Source of the DNA: an uncultured virus (IMG/VR IMGVR_UViG_3300034071_002198)
Taxonomy: Duplodnaviria > Heunggongvirae > Uroviricota > Caudoviricetes
DNA length: 64,000 nucleotides
IMG/VR virus record: IMGVR_UViG_3300034071_002198
Span: 1-64,000 of that record
Direction: 5' to 3' (one strand)
Part shown: in pieces, positions 38,866 to 49,842 of the stretch
Numbering within the stretch: position 1 is the first letter of the stretch
Layout: each line of letters starts with the position of its first letter
Translations under genes and position numbers: made by a program
Notes under the pieces: generated by a model
What the model saw: only the letters and a program-made list of their open reading frames with translations
Database searches by the model: none
Told to the model about the DNA's origin: nothing

Positions 38866-40863
38866 ATGATACCTCCTATAAATCCTACAGCTATTGCTAG
38901 TTTTAATAATGCCTCCGCTGATCAAAAAGCAAAATGGCAAAAAGGATTTGTAAATTTTGGAGATCCTAAATTAAATACCAATACAACAACTGCAAAAGGA
39001 TTAGAAAAAGTAATAGCTGTAATTTATAAGTTTATAATAAAAGCGCAAGGATCTGTTTTAGGTATTATATATGGTAAATTTCAAAGACAAAATAGTAGTA
39101 ATCCTATAACTAGAGCAATTGATAGAGGTATTACTAACATATTACAAGATGTAGCAGAAGTTGATATGTGTAACTTATTAAGTTATGCAATAAATGAAAT
39201 ACCAGGTGGTAAACAATTTAATCCTAATGAACAGCCTCCATCAGATAATCCTTTTGCTCTATCTAAATGGAGACTTCAAAAAGCTGCATATGATGTACAG
39301 AAAAAAATAGACGATTACTATACTAGTTATGGAGATGCAAAAAATCCAGATAGTAAATTTGGATTATATAATTTAACTAAGGATATAACAGAAATATTTA
39401 ATCTTACTAATAATCCTAACTTTCCTATAAGCAATCCAGAATTAAATAAAGCCTTTCCGTCTCTTTCTGTTGCTTCAAATTTTTTAACTAATGCTTTAAG
39501 TTTATTTAATAGATATACTGATCTTAGACAAATTCCAAATGAGGAATTACAAAAAATAATAAGAACAATAGATCAAATTAGAGTTTATACAATAGCTATA
39601 CAGGGATTAAATACACCAGCTTCTTTTGTTAATCTTGCTGATTCTATATTAGGAGGAGACGTTCAAAAACAAATAGAAAAAATAAATAAAATTATAACTC
39701 CTACAAAATTAATACCTTTATTAAAACAGATATTAAAAGCGGCTAATAATTTAAATTCTTTAGGAACTAAACTTCTATCTTATATAGTTACTTCTCAAGC
39801 AATAATAAAAATAGCTATTATATTAATTAGAGTCTATGATTTTTTAGTTGCGTTTTTTATAGCACTTGGAATACCAGCTTTTTTCCTGCCGTCTGGTGTT
39901 CAAACAGGATTTAGTTTTAGTGTAATAGAAATTTTTGAAGAAAGAGGTAAAAAGAAATTAGTAAAAAGATTAGGACAAATAAACATATTATTAGGAGCTA
40001 TAGCAGGATTAGTTCAAACAATGATAATAGGAATCTATGATATTATACAAAAATTAAATTTAATATTACTAAATTTAGAAAATTGTGTAAATGCTCCATC
40101 TGATTTAAAAGCAGAAATTCAAACAACTATAGATAATTTATCTAGTACTGTAAATGGACTTCAAGACTTTTTAGATAAATATAATAATGCACAAGATAGA
40201 ATAAATAGAACTTTTGGTGAATATGTAATAGAAATAGTTAATGAAGAAGTAACTGATGAAGGAATAAGTATTAAAAGAAGATATGGAATAGCAAGAGATA
40301 CTAATGGATATATAGTAGCTCAATCTACCCCAACTTTTGCTTCTTTAGATTTAATTATAATTAATGAAGTAAAATTAATATTATCTTCAAAGGGACTAGT
40401 TAAAACTGGACTAGATTCACTATCTCCTGAAGATACAGTAACTATTTCTGAATCTTTAAAGTACTTGGATGAACAAGATCTTTCACTTGATTCAATAGAA
40501 TTGTCTACAGTTGATTTAAATAATTTAGAAGAAAATGAACAGGAATTAGGACTTCAATCATTTATAAATAATCTACCAGGAGGCAAAGCTTTAAGAAAAA
40601 GGATGAGAAAGATTTTAATTAAACAAAACCAATCCCTTACTAGTAACTTAAAAAGCACAGATCCTTCTAGTAAATATACAAATAATATAGTAAAACAAAA
40701 AGAAAAGGAAACTACTAAATTAAAAATAGAGGAGTTAGAAGATGAAAAAAGAAAGCTTAAGCTATTATTATTAACCGGAGGCCCTGCAATTCAGATTATA
40801 ACACTAAATAAAATATCACAAATAGATAAAGAGATAAATAAACTTAAAAATGGTATAAAATAA
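38866..40863 (+). CDS. Large helical hypothetical protein with hydrophobic segments (baseplate module)
   Basis: Likely start MIPPINP at 38866. Confidence 0.7.
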   Translation: MIPPINPTAIASFNNASADQKAKWQKGFVNFGDPKLNTNTTTAKGLEKVIAVIYKFIIKAQGSVLGIIYGKFQRQNSSNPITRAIDRGITNILQDVAEVDMCNLLSYAINEIPGGKQFNPNEQPPSDNPFALSKWRLQKAAYDVQKKIDDYYTSYGDAKNPDSKFGLYNLTKDITEIFNLTNNPNFPISNPELNKAFPSLSVASNFLTNALSLFNRYTDLRQIPNEELQKIIRTIDQIRVYTIAIQGLNTPASFVNLADSILGGDVQKQIEKINKIITPTKLIPLLKQILKAANNLNSLGTKLLSYIVTSQAIIKIAIILIRVYDFLVAFFIALGIPAFFLPSGVQTGFSFSVIEIFEERGKKKLVKRLGQINILLGAIAGLVQTMIIGIYDIIQKLNLILLNLENCVNAPSDLKAEIQTTIDNLSSTVNGLQDFLDKYNNAQDRINRTFGEYVIEIVNEEVTDEGISIKRRYGIARDTNGYIVAQSTPTFASLDLIIINEVKLILSSKGLVKTGLDSLSPEDTVTISESLKYLDEQDLSLDSIELSTVDLNNLEENEQELGLQSFINNLPGGKALRKRMRKILIKQNQSLTSNLKSTDPSSKYTNNIVKQKEKETTKLKIEELEDEKRKLKLLLLTGGPAIQIITLNKISQIDKEINKLKNGIK

Positions 40864-40875
40864 TATTTATAAGAT

Positions 40876-41316
40876 ATGGGACAAGTAGATCAATTAAGAA
40901 AACTAATAAGAGAAGAGCTCAGAGCTGTTCTTAAAGAAGAACTTCCTAAACTATTAAGTGAGGTTAAAAAAACTCCTATGGCAGACCCTAAAAAGAGCTT
41001 ACAAGAACAGGTAAAATCAAAAATACCTGGTACTTTGAACACTGCTATTCCTAAACCTATTAAATTTACAGGAAACAATCCTATGGCAGCATTCTTAAAT
41101 GATACTGCCCAAAATATGTTAAATGAAGACTTTAATATGACTTCAGATAATATACACCCAGGACTAGCTTTCCAACCTAAAGAAGTTAAGGTCGGTAGTG
41201 TAGAAGGTATGTTAGGAACAGCAAGAGCGAGTTCAAACTTGGATGCTGTACAAATAAACGAGGTTCCAGACTTTACAGGCCTTATGACAAAACTTAAAGA
41301 ACAAGGACAAATATAA
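40876..41316 (+). CDS. Hypothetical protein
   Basis: Late motif at 40863-40870; LRKLIREE leader. Confidence 0.75.
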   Translation: MGQVDQLRKLIREELRAVLKEELPKLLSEVKKTPMADPKKSLQEQVKSKIPGTLNTAIPKPIKFTGNNPMAAFLNDTAQNMLNEDFNMTSDNIHPGLAFQPKEVKVGSVEGMLGTARASSNLDAVQINEVPDFTGLMTKLKEQGQI

Positions 41317-41729
41317 TGGCTTACGGATTAAAACAAATATCGCCATTAGATTTTAAGCCATCAACAGCAATTGGGGTAAAAATCCCTTTTGATGCTGAAA
41401 ATGTATTTTCGTCTGTATACACTACCAAGGATCAAATAAAATATAATATTATTAATTTTTTATTAACTGATCCTAGAGAAAGAGTTTTTAATCCTACTTT
41501 TGGGGCTGGTCTTAGAGCTAGGTTATTTGAACAAATAGATCAAGCATCTTTTGAAGAAATTAAGCAGTCTATAAGAACTCAAATGGAAAATCAATTCCCT
41601 CAAGTTCAAGTTACTACTTTAGATATTATAGGAAGTCCTGATTATAATTCAATCAATATAAAATTTAGTTATAGACTATTAAGATCAAATGAAAATGATT
41701 CGGTTGTATTGACTATACAAAACATGTAG
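41316..41729 (+). CDS. Baseplate wedge/sheath initiator (gp25/GPW-like)
   Basis: QIKYNIINFLLTDPRERVFNPTFGAGLRARLFE. Confidence 0.88.
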   Translation: MAYGLKQISPLDFKPSTAIGVKIPFDAENVFSSVYTTKDQIKYNIINFLLTDPRERVFNPTFGAGLRARLFEQIDQASFEEIKQSIRTQMENQFPQVQVTTLDIIGSPDYNSINIKFSYRLLRSNENDSVVLTIQNM

Positions 41730-41731
41730 AA

Positions 41732-43591
41732 ATGGCTAACCAAGTTGACATTAAATATTTAAACAAAGATTTTGCTTCTTTAAAAGCAGATCTAATAGAA
41801 TATGCAAGAGCATACTATCCTACTGCGTACAATGACTTTACTCAGGCATCACCTGGTAGTATGTTTATTGATATGGCTTCTTATGTAGGAGATGTGCTTT
41901 CATTTTATTTAGACAATCAACTACAAGAAACATTTTTACAATATGCTAAACAAAAAGGTAATTTATTTACCTTAGCTTACATGTTAGGTTATAGACCTAA
42001 AATAACTTCTGCAGCTATAGTGAATCTTGATGTATATCAACAATTACCTGCGGTTAGTCTTGGTGGTAGCAATGTAGCTCCTGACTTTACTTATGCAATG
42101 ACTATAGAGCAGGGAATGCAAGTTAAATCAAATGTAAATAGCTCTGTAATATTTTATACTCCTCAAAAAGTTAATTTTGCATCATCTTCTTCTTTAGATC
42201 CGACTACAGTAGAAGTATATACAATAAATGGAAGTAATGTTCCTACATCTTATCTTCTAAAAAAGACTGTTCAAGCTTTATCAGGACAAACTAAAACTCA
42301 AACTTTTAGTTTTTCATCTCCACAAAGATTTGCAACCGTAAATATATCAGATAGTTCTATTATTACAATATTAGAAGCAAAAGATTCTGACGGTAATACT
42401 TGGTATGAAGTTCCTTACTTAGCTCAAGATTATATATTAAAGCCAGTACAAAATACTGCAGCTAACTATCCATCATTATATCAATTCCAGAATCAGGTTC
42501 CTTATATGATACAGAAGTTATCTGTGCCTAGAAGGTTCACATCTAGATTTAGAGCTGATGGTTCTTTAGAAATAGAATTTGGTCCTGGTATCAATTCAGT
42601 TGCCGATACAGCGGTACTTCCTAATCCTAATAATGTAAGTGTTGGTTTAACTGGTGGTGGACTTAGCACTCTATCTAGTTCATTTGATCCAACAAACTTT
42701 GTTACAACTCAAACATATGGATTAGCTCCAAAAAATACAAGTATATCATTTCAATATTTAGTGGGTGGCGGTGCTTCTGCAAATGCTTTAAGTAATCAAT
42801 TAACTCAAATTGTATCTTATACAGTAACAGGAAATACAACCTATCAAAATACTATAGTAGTAAATAATGTAGATCCTGCTTCAGGAGGTGGCGACGGTGA
42901 CACTGTAGATGAACTTAGAATGAATATTGCAGCAGAATTTCCTACTCAATATAGAGCAGTTACTCAAGAAGATTATTTGGCGAGAACTCTTAGTATGCCT
43001 CCTCAATATGGTAAAATATCAAAGGCATATATAACTAAAGATGACGCAACATTCAATAATTACATGCAAGGTGATTTTAGTCAAAAAGATCAAGTATTAG
43101 TTAGTCTTTATGTATTAGGTCTTGATGCTAATAATAATATAGCAGATCCTTCACCAGCGTTACTTCAAAATCTACAAACATATTTGTCAGATTATAGAAT
43201 GATGACTGATGCCATTAATATTAAACCTGGTTATGTAATTAATATAGGCTGCAATTTTGAAATTATAATTAGACCTAATTACACTGGTCAAGATGTAATT
43301 GCTAGATGTATATTAACTTTACAAGACTTTTTTAATATAAATAATTGGCAAATAAATGAACCAATTATATTAGGAGACATCTATTCTTTATTAGATGTAG
43401 TTGAAGGAGTTCAAACAGTAAAAGATGTGAGGATAGTAAATAAATCTGGTGAAGCTGATGGATATTCAAAATACTCTTACGATATATCAGCAGGCTCTTT
43501 AAATGGTGTTATTTATCCTTCTTTAGATCCTTCTATATTTGAAGTAAAATTCCCTAATACAGATATTCAAGGTCGTGTAGTAACAATGTAA
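41732..43591 (+). CDS. Baseplate wedge protein (gp6/baseplate J-like)
   Basis: YLNKDF, SYVGDVLSFYLD, LGYRPK, GGGDGDT, QYRAVTQEDY. Confidence 0.88.
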   Translation: MANQVDIKYLNKDFASLKADLIEYARAYYPTAYNDFTQASPGSMFIDMASYVGDVLSFYLDNQLQETFLQYAKQKGNLFTLAYMLGYRPKITSAAIVNLDVYQQLPAVSLGGSNVAPDFTYAMTIEQGMQVKSNVNSSVIFYTPQKVNFASSSSLDPTTVEVYTINGSNVPTSYLLKKTVQALSGQTKTQTFSFSSPQRFATVNISDSSIITILEAKDSDGNTWYEVPYLAQDYILKPVQNTAANYPSLYQFQNQVPYMIQKLSVPRRFTSRFRADGSLEIEFGPGINSVADTAVLPNPNNVSVGLTGGGLSTLSSSFDPTNFVTTQTYGLAPKNTSISFQYLVGGGASANALSNQLTQIVSYTVTGNTTYQNTIVVNNVDPASGGGDGDTVDELRMNIAAEFPTQYRAVTQEDYLARTLSMPPQYGKISKAYITKDDATFNNYMQGDFSQKDQVLVSLYVLGLDANNNIADPSPALLQNLQTYLSDYRMMTDAINIKPGYVINIGCNFEIIIRPNYTGQDVIARCILTLQDFFNINNWQINEPIILGDIYSLLDVVEGVQTVKDVRIVNKSGEADGYSKYSYDISAGSLNGVIYPSLDPSIFEVKFPNTDIQGRVVTM

Positions 43592-43602
43592 AAAAATAAA
43601 AA

Positions 43603-44709
43603 ATGGCCGTATATAAAATATTTGCTTCTTCTGATGCTACTTTATATTCAAGTAGTCCTGCCGCTAATACAGGTCTTGATGAAATACTAGAAATATCAGT
43701 TAAGAATTCAGATAATCCGTCTAACTATTTTGTAGATCCTGTTCCCTCTGAACCTTTACTTCAAGACAATTTAAGAAGAGCTATTATATCTTTTTCTGAT
43801 TCAGATATTGCTATATTAAAAACCTACACTACAGGATCATGGAAAACTAATTTAAGATTATTTTTAGCTACTGCTGAGAATTTAAATACAACATATAGTT
43901 TAGAATTTAGACAAGTTTCTCAGTCTTGGGAAATGGGAACAGGAAAGTTTGGAGACTCTCCTGAGACTAGAAACGGTGCATGTTGGTATAGTCCTAATCA
44001 ATTTACAACAGCTTCTAATCAATGGGGAAATGGTGCATTTTATTTAACTCCTGGTGGTGGATCGTTTACAAATTTAGTAGTTACACAATCATTTAATTAT
44101 CCAGATAATAAAGATATAAATGTAGATGTTAGCTCTATAGTTGATACTTGGTTTAGTGGTTCTAGATCAAACTATGGATTTATAGCTAAACATACTAATG
44201 CAATTGAACAAAATTCAGGAAGCTATATAGGATTAAGCTTCTTCTCAGTTGATACACACACAATATATCCTCCGACATTGGAAATAAAGTGGGATGATAG
44301 TTCATATTCTACAGGAAGTTTATCTGTAATTAATAGTACCGACAGTGTAATTACGCTATCTAATAATTTAGATACTTACAAATATGGTACAGGAAAATAC
44401 AGGTTTAATATAAATTCAAGGGACAAATATCCTGTAAGAACATTTACTACATCCTCTATTTACATCACTAATAAGGCTCTCCCTCAAACATCTTATTGGG
44501 CTTTGCAAGATGTAAAGACAAATGATATACTGATAGATTATGACACTTCGTATACAAAGATTAGCTGTGATGGAATAAATAGTTACTTTAACTTATATAT
44601 GAACGGATTAGAGCCAGAAAGGTATTATAAGATATTAATTAAAACAGTACTATCTGACGGTTCATCTTATGAAATAGATAATAATTTAATATTTAAAGTT
44701 ACTAGATAA
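43603..44709 (+). CDS. Virion structural protein (baseplate module)
   Basis: DATLYS...NTGLDEILE, YPPTLEIKWDD; synteny. Confidence 0.65.
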   Translation: MAVYKIFASSDATLYSSSPAANTGLDEILEISVKNSDNPSNYFVDPVPSEPLLQDNLRRAIISFSDSDIAILKTYTTGSWKTNLRLFLATAENLNTTYSLEFRQVSQSWEMGTGKFGDSPETRNGACWYSPNQFTTASNQWGNGAFYLTPGGGSFTNLVVTQSFNYPDNKDINVDVSSIVDTWFSGSRSNYGFIAKHTNAIEQNSGSYIGLSFFSVDTHTIYPPTLEIKWDDSSYSTGSLSVINSTDSVITLSNNLDTYKYGTGKYRFNINSRDKYPVRTFTTSSIYITNKALPQTSYWALQDVKTNDILIDYDTSYTKISCDGINSYFNLYMNGLEPERYYKILIKTVLSDGSSYEIDNNLIFKVTR

Positions 44710-45050
44710 TGGCGAATGTAGAAATGGTTAAGGAGATTTATGGACTTAATACGTACAGTAAAGCTATAAATACTAATTTTACTGAACTATTACAACCTGC
44801 TGTTGTTGAAGCTCCAACTACTGAGATAACAGTTGATCAGTTTTTTGAATACTACGACCAATTATTTTTTACTATACCTGTTGATGGTACTATTAACTCT
44901 CATACATATTTAGTTGAAACAAGTCAACAATATATAGGAGGATCTGTAATAGATGCAGAAAAACAAGCACTAATAGAAGAGATAAATTCTTTACGCCAAC
45001 AGCTTTTAGATATTAATCAATCGTTTGCAAATATTAATGATATAATATAA
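44709..45050 (+). CDS. Hypothetical structural protein
   Basis: Coupled ORF. Confidence 0.7.
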   Translation: MANVEMVKEIYGLNTYSKAINTNFTELLQPAVVEAPTTEITVDQFFEYYDQLFFTIPVDGTINSHTYLVETSQQYIGGSVIDAEKQALIEEINSLRQQLLDINQSFANINDII

Positions 45051-48000
45051 TGGAATTAGTTAATATAACATATTCAGGGGAGGGATTTCAATCTCAAGAC
45101 TTAACTCCATTAGATAAACAATTAGTAACTTCTAATTTTATAAATAGTCAATTTGGCGCACCAGAAGATTATTTAGAATTATATATCTACGATGAAAATA
45201 ATAATCTATTAGATTTTGATTATGATGCATTTGATTATTATCCTTATTTAACAGCAAATCCAAAAAATAATACCTATTCTGTATTAACTTTAGATCCAGA
45301 AAAAGATTTAAAAAATAGAGGATATAATAGAGGTAATTTAAATATACAATATAATTTTTATAAAAGATTATTTAATTCTGCATTTGGTACTTTTTATTGG
45401 ATTAAAGAAATATCTCCATCAAGAACTGAATTAAAATTAGCATCGCAAACAATAAGTGATGATAGTATTTTAAATGGCTTTTCTCAATATCAATCTTACA
45501 TAAGTAATAAAAATTATTATCCTGTATTCTATTTGAATTTAGGTAATAATCAAACTATAATAGCAAGTAATGTATCATATACAGAAGATGAAGATGGATC
45601 TTATTTATTAATAAAACTATATGAGCCACTAGATGCAGATTTTGATTTAAAATCTCAATTGTGGATAGTAGATAAAGTTGCAGAATCAGTAAGTTATAAT
45701 GTATCTATTACTGTAGAAGCAGAAAATATAGATCAAGTAAATAGATTAAGAGGTCCTAATTTTAATGTTCAAATAAATGATAAAAACGGCCAAACTACTC
45801 CATATTATAACTACGATAATTTATTAGCGAGCCCAGTAAGTTCTTCTTATCAAAAATTATTAAGCTATTATCAAGATAGATCTGTAGCTATAAACGTAGA
45901 TTATACTAACTTTACAAACTTTGTGCATTTTTCAAGTGCAACGGAAAGAGTAAACAATTTTGTTTATAAAGTTGGATTGATAGAACAATATAAACAGCAA
46001 CAATCTAATCAATCTATAATTGCAGGAGGTTCAGGAAATTCATCTTATAAATCAAATTCTATAGATTCTGCTCAACAAGCTATAGATAATATTATAGAAA
46101 AATTTGATACTTATGAATACTTTTTGTATTTTAATTCATCAAGTTTTGCTTGGCCTAAATCTACAACAACCCAACCTTATCAATTATATTCAGTAACGTC
46201 TTCTCAAGTTAGTAACTTTTTAGGATCAACTAGTGCAGTTCCAACGGCAACTACTCAATCTTTATTATTTAGTGCATCTTATTATGATTCTACAAATAAA
46301 GATCTACTACATAATTCAATACCTCAGTACTTATTAGATGATTCAAACAATCAGCCTTTCATTACCTTTATGGATATGATTGGCCAACACTTTGATAATA
46401 TATGGATCTACTATAAAGATCTTTCTAATAGATACAATGCCACCAATAATCCTGATACAGGAATATCATTAGACGTTGTTGGAGACGCACTGAAAGGTCT
46501 TGGCATTCAGTTATATACAAATTCAAACGTATCAGATAACCTCTATTATACGTTGTTTGGAATCAATGCAGATGGATCTTTACTTCCTCCAACAGGATCA
46601 GAAAAAATAACTTCAATTGGAGGAAAGTATGTTACTTCAAGTTTAGAAACGCTTTCTGCAAAAGAGATTCAACAAGAATTATATAAAAGACTCTATCATA
46701 ATTTACCCTACTTACTAAAAAGTAAAGGTACAGAAAGAGGTGTAAAAGCGCTTATTAGTACTTTTGGTATTCCTGATGATATATTAACTGTTAGAGAATT
46801 TGGGGGAACTCCTATAAATTCTGTAGATGGAGTATTTGATTTAGATTCATCTACTTATAAAGTATCTATAGTAACAGGAAGTGGTGGAAATGTAACTGGT
46901 AGTTTAACTTTATCTTCTTCATTATTGCATCCGGAAGCAAGTTTACAATATTATCAAAATATTAATAGGATCAATACTACAAATATAGAAGTAGGATTTT
47001 CACCAGCAGATACAATTAATAGTAATATAGTTTCTTCTCAAGGATATTTTAGTATAGATCAATTAATAGGAGCTCCAGAATATCAATATTCTGCATCTTA
47101 TACTCCTTTAGTAGATTTTAATGAAACATATTTTAGTTCTTATACACAAAAAAATAGTATTTGGGAATACATAAGATTAATCAAGTTTTATAATAACTCT
47201 CTATTTAAAATGATTAAAGACTATGTTCCTGCTAGAGCTAATCTCTCTACTGGTATAATAGTTAAGTCACACATGTTAGAGAGAAATAAATATGCTCGTC
47301 ATGAACCTGATGTAACTTTTAACGATTATTCTCAATCGATAGATACAGCATTTATTTCAGGTTCTGATGGTGGATCTGTTATAGGATCTACTTCATTTAC
47401 AGGAAGTATAATGACTCCTTCAGGATCAGTTCAATTTATAAGTTCTGATGGAATAGAAAAATATAATGGTGAATTTAGTGGTTCTACAATAGTAGTAACA
47501 AGCGGTCAAGAATTTCCTCAATTTGAAATATCACAGCTTCCTTCAAGTTCTTTATTTGTAACTTATTCATTAGGAGCACTATATCAAAATGTTAGTCAAT
47601 CAGTAAGATCTCAAATACTTTGGGATTTAGATTATAATGCCGATCAAACTATACCAGTTAACTATGGAATAGTAACTCAATCTATAAATAATTCTCAGAT
47701 TAATAACTACGCTTCATATACGAATCCTAATAATCCTTACGCTTACGTTCAAGACTATAACTATAATTTAAAAAGGTCTATATATCCTAGATATGTTGGA
47801 TCTACAATTAATAGTGCTCAATATAATGTATATACTGCAGGAGATATTTCATATGGTAAAACTGCAACTATAGATAAAATAAAATATCAATATGCTTATT
47901 TAATTGACATATATTCTTCATCTTTTCAATTACCTCGAAGAGCTAATGCCCAAATTAAATATTTTATAGATAATGATGAAAACGTATTAGATTTAACTAA

Positions 48001-49144
48001 ATTAAATAATAATATATTTACAACTCAAAATGTATTTAAATCAGGAGAAACTTTAGATGTTTCTTTATTTGATTATGATAATACAAATCCTTATATTCAA
48101 AAACTAACAGATAATAATACATTTACTATATATGAAGGTGGATATAGATACAGCCCTATTTTATTTAATGTAGGAGGTAGTGGAAGTATGAATTACGTAT
48201 TAGATGAACCTATACAAGTTACCAGCTCAGTTACTATACCTTCTACAACACCTTTATCTCCAGGAAATACTAATTATTGGACAATAAATAATTCTGATTT
48301 AGATCTATATAAACCTAATGCATTTGCACCTTTATTACTACAAATAACTGGAAGTTCTGTAGTAGGTGGGTCTTCTACAGCGGCGGTAAATATATCTTTA
48401 CAAGTAAGAAATACCTCAGCAAGAAATAATGTATTCTATAATGTACCAGAATTTCAAATACCACAATCAGTTTCTAACTATAAATTCACTATTAATTTAC
48501 CAAGTAGTACTTACTCTGACTGGGTTGCAGATGATATTGTTGTTGTTAATAGTTTATCTGAGGTTCAATTTAATCCAAATGGAGGAGGGACAGTTGATTC
48601 TGTAGAGTTTATAACAAGTATAACAGATCGAGATACATGTTGGGTTGCAATAGATCCAAGAACTATAAAAATGTCTCTTACTCAATCTGCATATTATGAT
48701 GAAGGTTTTATTTTCACAGGTAGTTATCCAGGTATAGAAACGCCTGTATTTGATTTCACTTTAAATCAAATGGATTTATTAAGATTTTATAATACAGGAA
48801 GTGGATGGTCAATAAATTCTGAATATAGAGTATCGTCAGTTCAACCATATATAGATTCAACTGGGTCCTACTATAGTATAACTATTGATAGAGATCTTAA
48901 TTTATCGGACACATCTGGATCTTCATATCCTGCAAAAATTTGCAAGTATATTATTCTAAAAAGACTTCCTGATGAAACTAATGTTATATTAAATTATAAT
49001 TTAGGGACTCCTATAACTCAAGACGGAATATTATTTCCTCAATATATAGATCCTATAGTAAGAGACAATTCTGGTAATGTAATTAAATCCTTAAGGCAGC
49101 AAAATTTAATCAATCCAGATACAAATACATTAATTTTCCAATAA
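45050..49144 (+). CDS. Large baseplate wedge protein (gp7/tail protein I-like core)
   Basis: IPQYL...FMDMIGQHFD, HNLPYLLKSKGTERGVKALISTFGIP, IKDYVPARA. Confidence 0.7.
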   Translation: MELVNITYSGEGFQSQDLTPLDKQLVTSNFINSQFGAPEDYLELYIYDENNNLLDFDYDAFDYYPYLTANPKNNTYSVLTLDPEKDLKNRGYNRGNLNIQYNFYKRLFNSAFGTFYWIKEISPSRTELKLASQTISDDSILNGFSQYQSYISNKNYYPVFYLNLGNNQTIIASNVSYTEDEDGSYLLIKLYEPLDADFDLKSQLWIVDKVAESVSYNVSITVEAENIDQVNRLRGPNFNVQINDKNGQTTPYYNYDNLLASPVSSSYQKLLSYYQDRSVAINVDYTNFTNFVHFSSATERVNNFVYKVGLIEQYKQQQSNQSIIAGGSGNSSYKSNSIDSAQQAIDNIIEKFDTYEYFLYFNSSSFAWPKSTTTQPYQLYSVTSSQVSNFLGSTSAVPTATTQSLLFSASYYDSTNKDLLHNSIPQYLLDDSNNQPFITFMDMIGQHFDNIWIYYKDLSNRYNATNNPDTGISLDVVGDALKGLGIQLYTNSNVSDNLYYTLFGINADGSLLPPTGSEKITSIGGKYVTSSLETLSAKEIQQELYKRLYHNLPYLLKSKGTERGVKALISTFGIPDDILTVREFGGTPINSVDGVFDLDSSTYKVSIVTGSGGNVTGSLTLSSSLLHPEASLQYYQNINRINTTNIEVGFSPADTINSNIVSSQGYFSIDQLIGAPEYQYSASYTPLVDFNETYFSSYTQKNSIWEYIRLIKFYNNSLFKMIKDYVPARANLSTGIIVKSHMLERNKYARHEPDVTFNDYSQSIDTAFISGSDGGSVIGSTSFTGSIMTPSGSVQFISSDGIEKYNGEFSGSTIVVTSGQEFPQFEISQLPSSSLFVTYSLGALYQNVSQSVRSQILWDLDYNADQTIPVNYGIVTQSINNSQINNYASYTNPNNPYAYVQDYNYNLKRSIYPRYVGSTINSAQYNVYTAGDISYGKTATIDKIKYQYAYLIDIYSSSFQLPRRANAQIKYFIDNDENVLDLTKLNNNIFTTQNVFKSGETLDVSLFDYDNTNPYIQKLTDNNTFTIYEGGYRYSPILFNVGGSGSMNYVLDEPIQVTSSVTIPSTTPLSPGNTNYWTINNSDLDLYKPNAFAPLLLQITGSSVVGGSSTAAVNISLQVRNTSARNNVFYNVPEFQIPQSVSNYKFTINLPSSTYSDWVADDIVVVNSLSEVQFNPNGGGTVDSVEFITSITDRDTCWVAIDPRTIKMSLTQSAYYDEGFIFTGSYPGIETPVFDFTLNQMDLLRFYNTGSGWSINSEYRVSSVQPYIDSTGSYYSITIDRDLNLSDTSGSSYPAKICKYIILKRLPDETNVILNYNLGTPITQDGILFPQYIDPIVRDNSGNVIKSLRQQNLINPDTNTLIFQ

Positions 49145-49171
49145 CACATATTTATTTAAAAGCCCATTTAT

Positions 49172-49831
49172 ATGTCATATTTAAGTAGTACATCAGTAGT
49201 AGTAGATGCTATCCTTACTAAAAAAGGTAGAGAACTCCTTTCCAGAAATGATGGATCATTTAGAATTACTCAGTTTTCTTTAGCTGATGATGAGATCGAT
49301 TATACTCTATATAACCCCACCCACCCATCAGGATCTGCATTTTATGGTGAGGCTATTGAAGCGATGCCAATTATTCAAGCATATCCTAATGATATGGAAA
49401 TCATGAAGTATAAGCTTATTACGCTTCCAAGAGGCACTGCAAAAATTCCAGTATTAGATCTTGGATATACGGCAATTACAATAAAACAAGGAGCTTCTTT
49501 AGCAATTACTCCTCAAACATTAAATTATCTTGGAGCAACATCAACCTTTGAACAATCAGGATATGTAGCTACAATTGGTGATGTAAGAACAATGAGTTCA
49601 TTTAATGGAGTTGGTATTAATACTCCTGAAGCTACGTCATTAAATAGTACAACAACTATAGGTACTAACGTAAGTAAGACAGTTATAGGAACAACAATTA
49701 ATTTAACTGCAACCACGGTTAATACTTTATTTGGCTCTAATACATCTTTATTTACTACCTTAGTCGTAGTAGGTCGTGATTCTGGCGCTAGAATTAGTAT
49801 TCCTGTAACAATCGTAAAGGTAACCTCATAA
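49172..49831 (+). CDS. Virion structural protein (baseplate/fibre junction)
   Basis: VDAILTKKGRELL...ITQFSLADDEIDY; late motif at 49148-49155. Confidence 0.7.
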   Translation: MSYLSSTSVVVDAILTKKGRELLSRNDGSFRITQFSLADDEIDYTLYNPTHPSGSAFYGEAIEAMPIIQAYPNDMEIMKYKLITLPRGTAKIPVLDLGYTAITIKQGASLAITPQTLNYLGATSTFEQSGYVATIGDVRTMSSFNGVGINTPEATSLNSTTTIGTNVSKTVIGTTINLTATTVNTLFGSNTSLFTTLVVVGRDSGARISIPVTIVKVTS

Positions 49832-49842
49832 TATATTAAAAT